DNA from: Vitrella brassicaformis CCMP3155
Taxonomy: Eukaryota; Protista; Chromerida
Assembly (NCBI GenBank): GCA_001179505.1
Contig: CDMY01000306.1
Coordinates: forward strand, 62,001-126,000
Direction of reading: 5' to 3'
DNA: 64,000 nt
The notes beneath the pieces were generated by a model that searched no databases, was not told the origin of the DNA, and saw only the letters and a list, made by a program, of their open reading frames with translations. This document shows, in pieces, positions 62,586 through 64,000 of this stretch. The translations under genes and the position numbers were made by a program. The stretch's first letter is position 1. Every line of letters starts with the position of its first letter.

Positions 62586-64000
62586 ATGGGAGAGTCGATG
62601 CACCTGCCCGTGACGGGCTGCGAGATGGCTGACCATCTGATACGAAGGTCTTCGGAGTCGTTCATGGCTGCCAAGGAGAGAGCGGACGCCGAGATGCAGG
62701 CCATCGCCAATGAGATCTCCACCTTGGTGGCGGCAGAAGGCGGCACGTGGCAGCTCACTGACACCGAGGGAGAGATCATGGTCAATGCCGGTAAAAAGGA
62801 AACAGCCAGCAGGAGTGCCAGTTGTATTTGCTACACGCATGCATCGCTTTGCTCTGTGTGACCACATCCAGGCGGTTCGGTCTTTCCCGTGAGTCGGCGT
62901 GTACTGCTGATGCCGTATATGAAGCATCGCTATATCTCAGTGCTGCTGATGCACCATGCGAGCGGCCTGCCGAGAGATGCCGACGGCCACATCTACCTGG
63001 AGACGTCACCGGCGTATTTCGAGGCCTTTCTGGACGAGCTGACGCTCTATGAGACCGGTCGCACCAACACTGTCGAGCTGCCGCCGCCCAAGGCTGCTGA
63101 CCCGCTCTACGCCGACTACCATGCCCTCTTCACGCGGGAGATCAACTGCTATGCGGCGCCTCAGCAGACCACCCCACCCCACACGGCCAGCACAGCATCG
63201 ACTGACAATCCCACCGGCAGCGAGGACCAGGCCATCCAGCAGTATCTGAAGGCCTGCGAGCAGTTCCTCCGCACCCACTCGGCGGCCATCAAGCAGCTGC
63301 AGGGCGTCAGGGATGACATCAGGTGCTTCCTGGAGGCCATGGAGCCCTTCTTCGCCAGCCCTGACGGGAGCGAGAACGAGATTTTAAGCCTGACGGTCCT
63401 TGGCCGCAAGGTGTCGATGATGCGCAAGACCTTCAGTCGTCTGGGCCCCAACCACCCGCTCCTCACCCGCTTCGCCACGTAAGAGGAGCGAGCAGACACA
63501 GATATGACAACGACCAGGTCATATTGGGCGCTTGGGGGCTGTGCGTGGTCTTTGCGTGGTCTGTGCAGCACACCCCCCTGTTGGGCCGACCGTCGAGTGC
63601 GTCAGACGCCCACCAAGTGCTTCGTGACGACTGTGGAGTTTGCCCGGCGCATCGCCGTTCTGCCGGCCTGTCAGCTGATCCGACCGCCGCTGCTCGAGGA
63701 GGGAGGCGAGCGCCACTTCATCGATGACATCGTAAGTGACGGCACCGCGCCCGGGTCCACACCAGTTGGCAGTGTGGCTGGTCTCATGTGTGTGTCAGGA
63801 GATGTATGGGCTGAGGTACCAGCCGTATTGCCATCTGCCGGCCGCCGATGGCACCGACTTCATCGCCAAGTCGGCCGAGGAGTGGGGCAAAGTCATCGAC
63901 ATGACCGGCAAACCCTCACCCAGAGCCACACTCATCTACAAGTGAGGAGGCCACACACACAGAGAGGGAAATGGGCACAGAGACAGATCATCCTGGGTGT
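62586..64000 (+). CDS. BTB/POZ-BTB(-TLDc) family member C (3' partial)
   Basis: EIMVNA|GGSVFPVSRRVLL, second BTB-like LTVLGRKVSMMRKT, linker ending ATLIYK|gt at the same intron as its paralogues; TLDc exon expected beyond the window. Confidence 0.75.

Noticed and set aside
1-64000. Hundreds of short ORFs rich in CVCV/HTHT/ERER
   Set aside because: Translations of intronic (TG)n/(CA)n/(GA)n microsatellites.

Overview
Eukaryotic, GC-rich, very intron-dense DNA. The (CA)n/(TG)n/(GA)n-filled introns and the gene families suggest a chromerid alveolate resembling Vitrella brassicaformis (inference, not searched). Recognisable housekeeping genes: S-adenosylmethionine decarboxylase (3' end lost in an N-gap), a UPF1-like SF1 helicase with an N-terminal dsRNA-binding motif, LSM1, a mitochondrial IGR/SAM+Myb-like protein, RICTOR, and a zf-HIT/BCD1-like gene. 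Between them sit lineage-expanded families: six BTB-BTB-TLDc genes plus a 5' fragment, two paralogues of an MGN-initiated family, an F-box-like gene, an ankyrin pseudogene, a polytopic membrane protein, and a large repeat-rich, probably secreted protein. There is a ~5.3 kb inverted duplication (8.7-14.0 kb vs 36.1-41.3 kb) and a ~2.4 kb direct duplication (17.8-20.2 kb vs 42.2-44.7 kb). Most interesting signals: (1) polarised introns with 5'-(CA)n and 3'-(UG)n that can self-pair up to the 3' splice site; (2) exon-level mosaicism and conversion in the BTB-TLDc family; (3) shuffled 5'/promoter modules, including a telomere-repeat module shared by unrelated genes; (4) a three-copy non-coding element with an invariant 46-nt core. 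No transposase, rRNA, tRNA or CRISPR feature was seen. Exon joins were made by eye from GT-AG sites, and gene boundaries are approximate.
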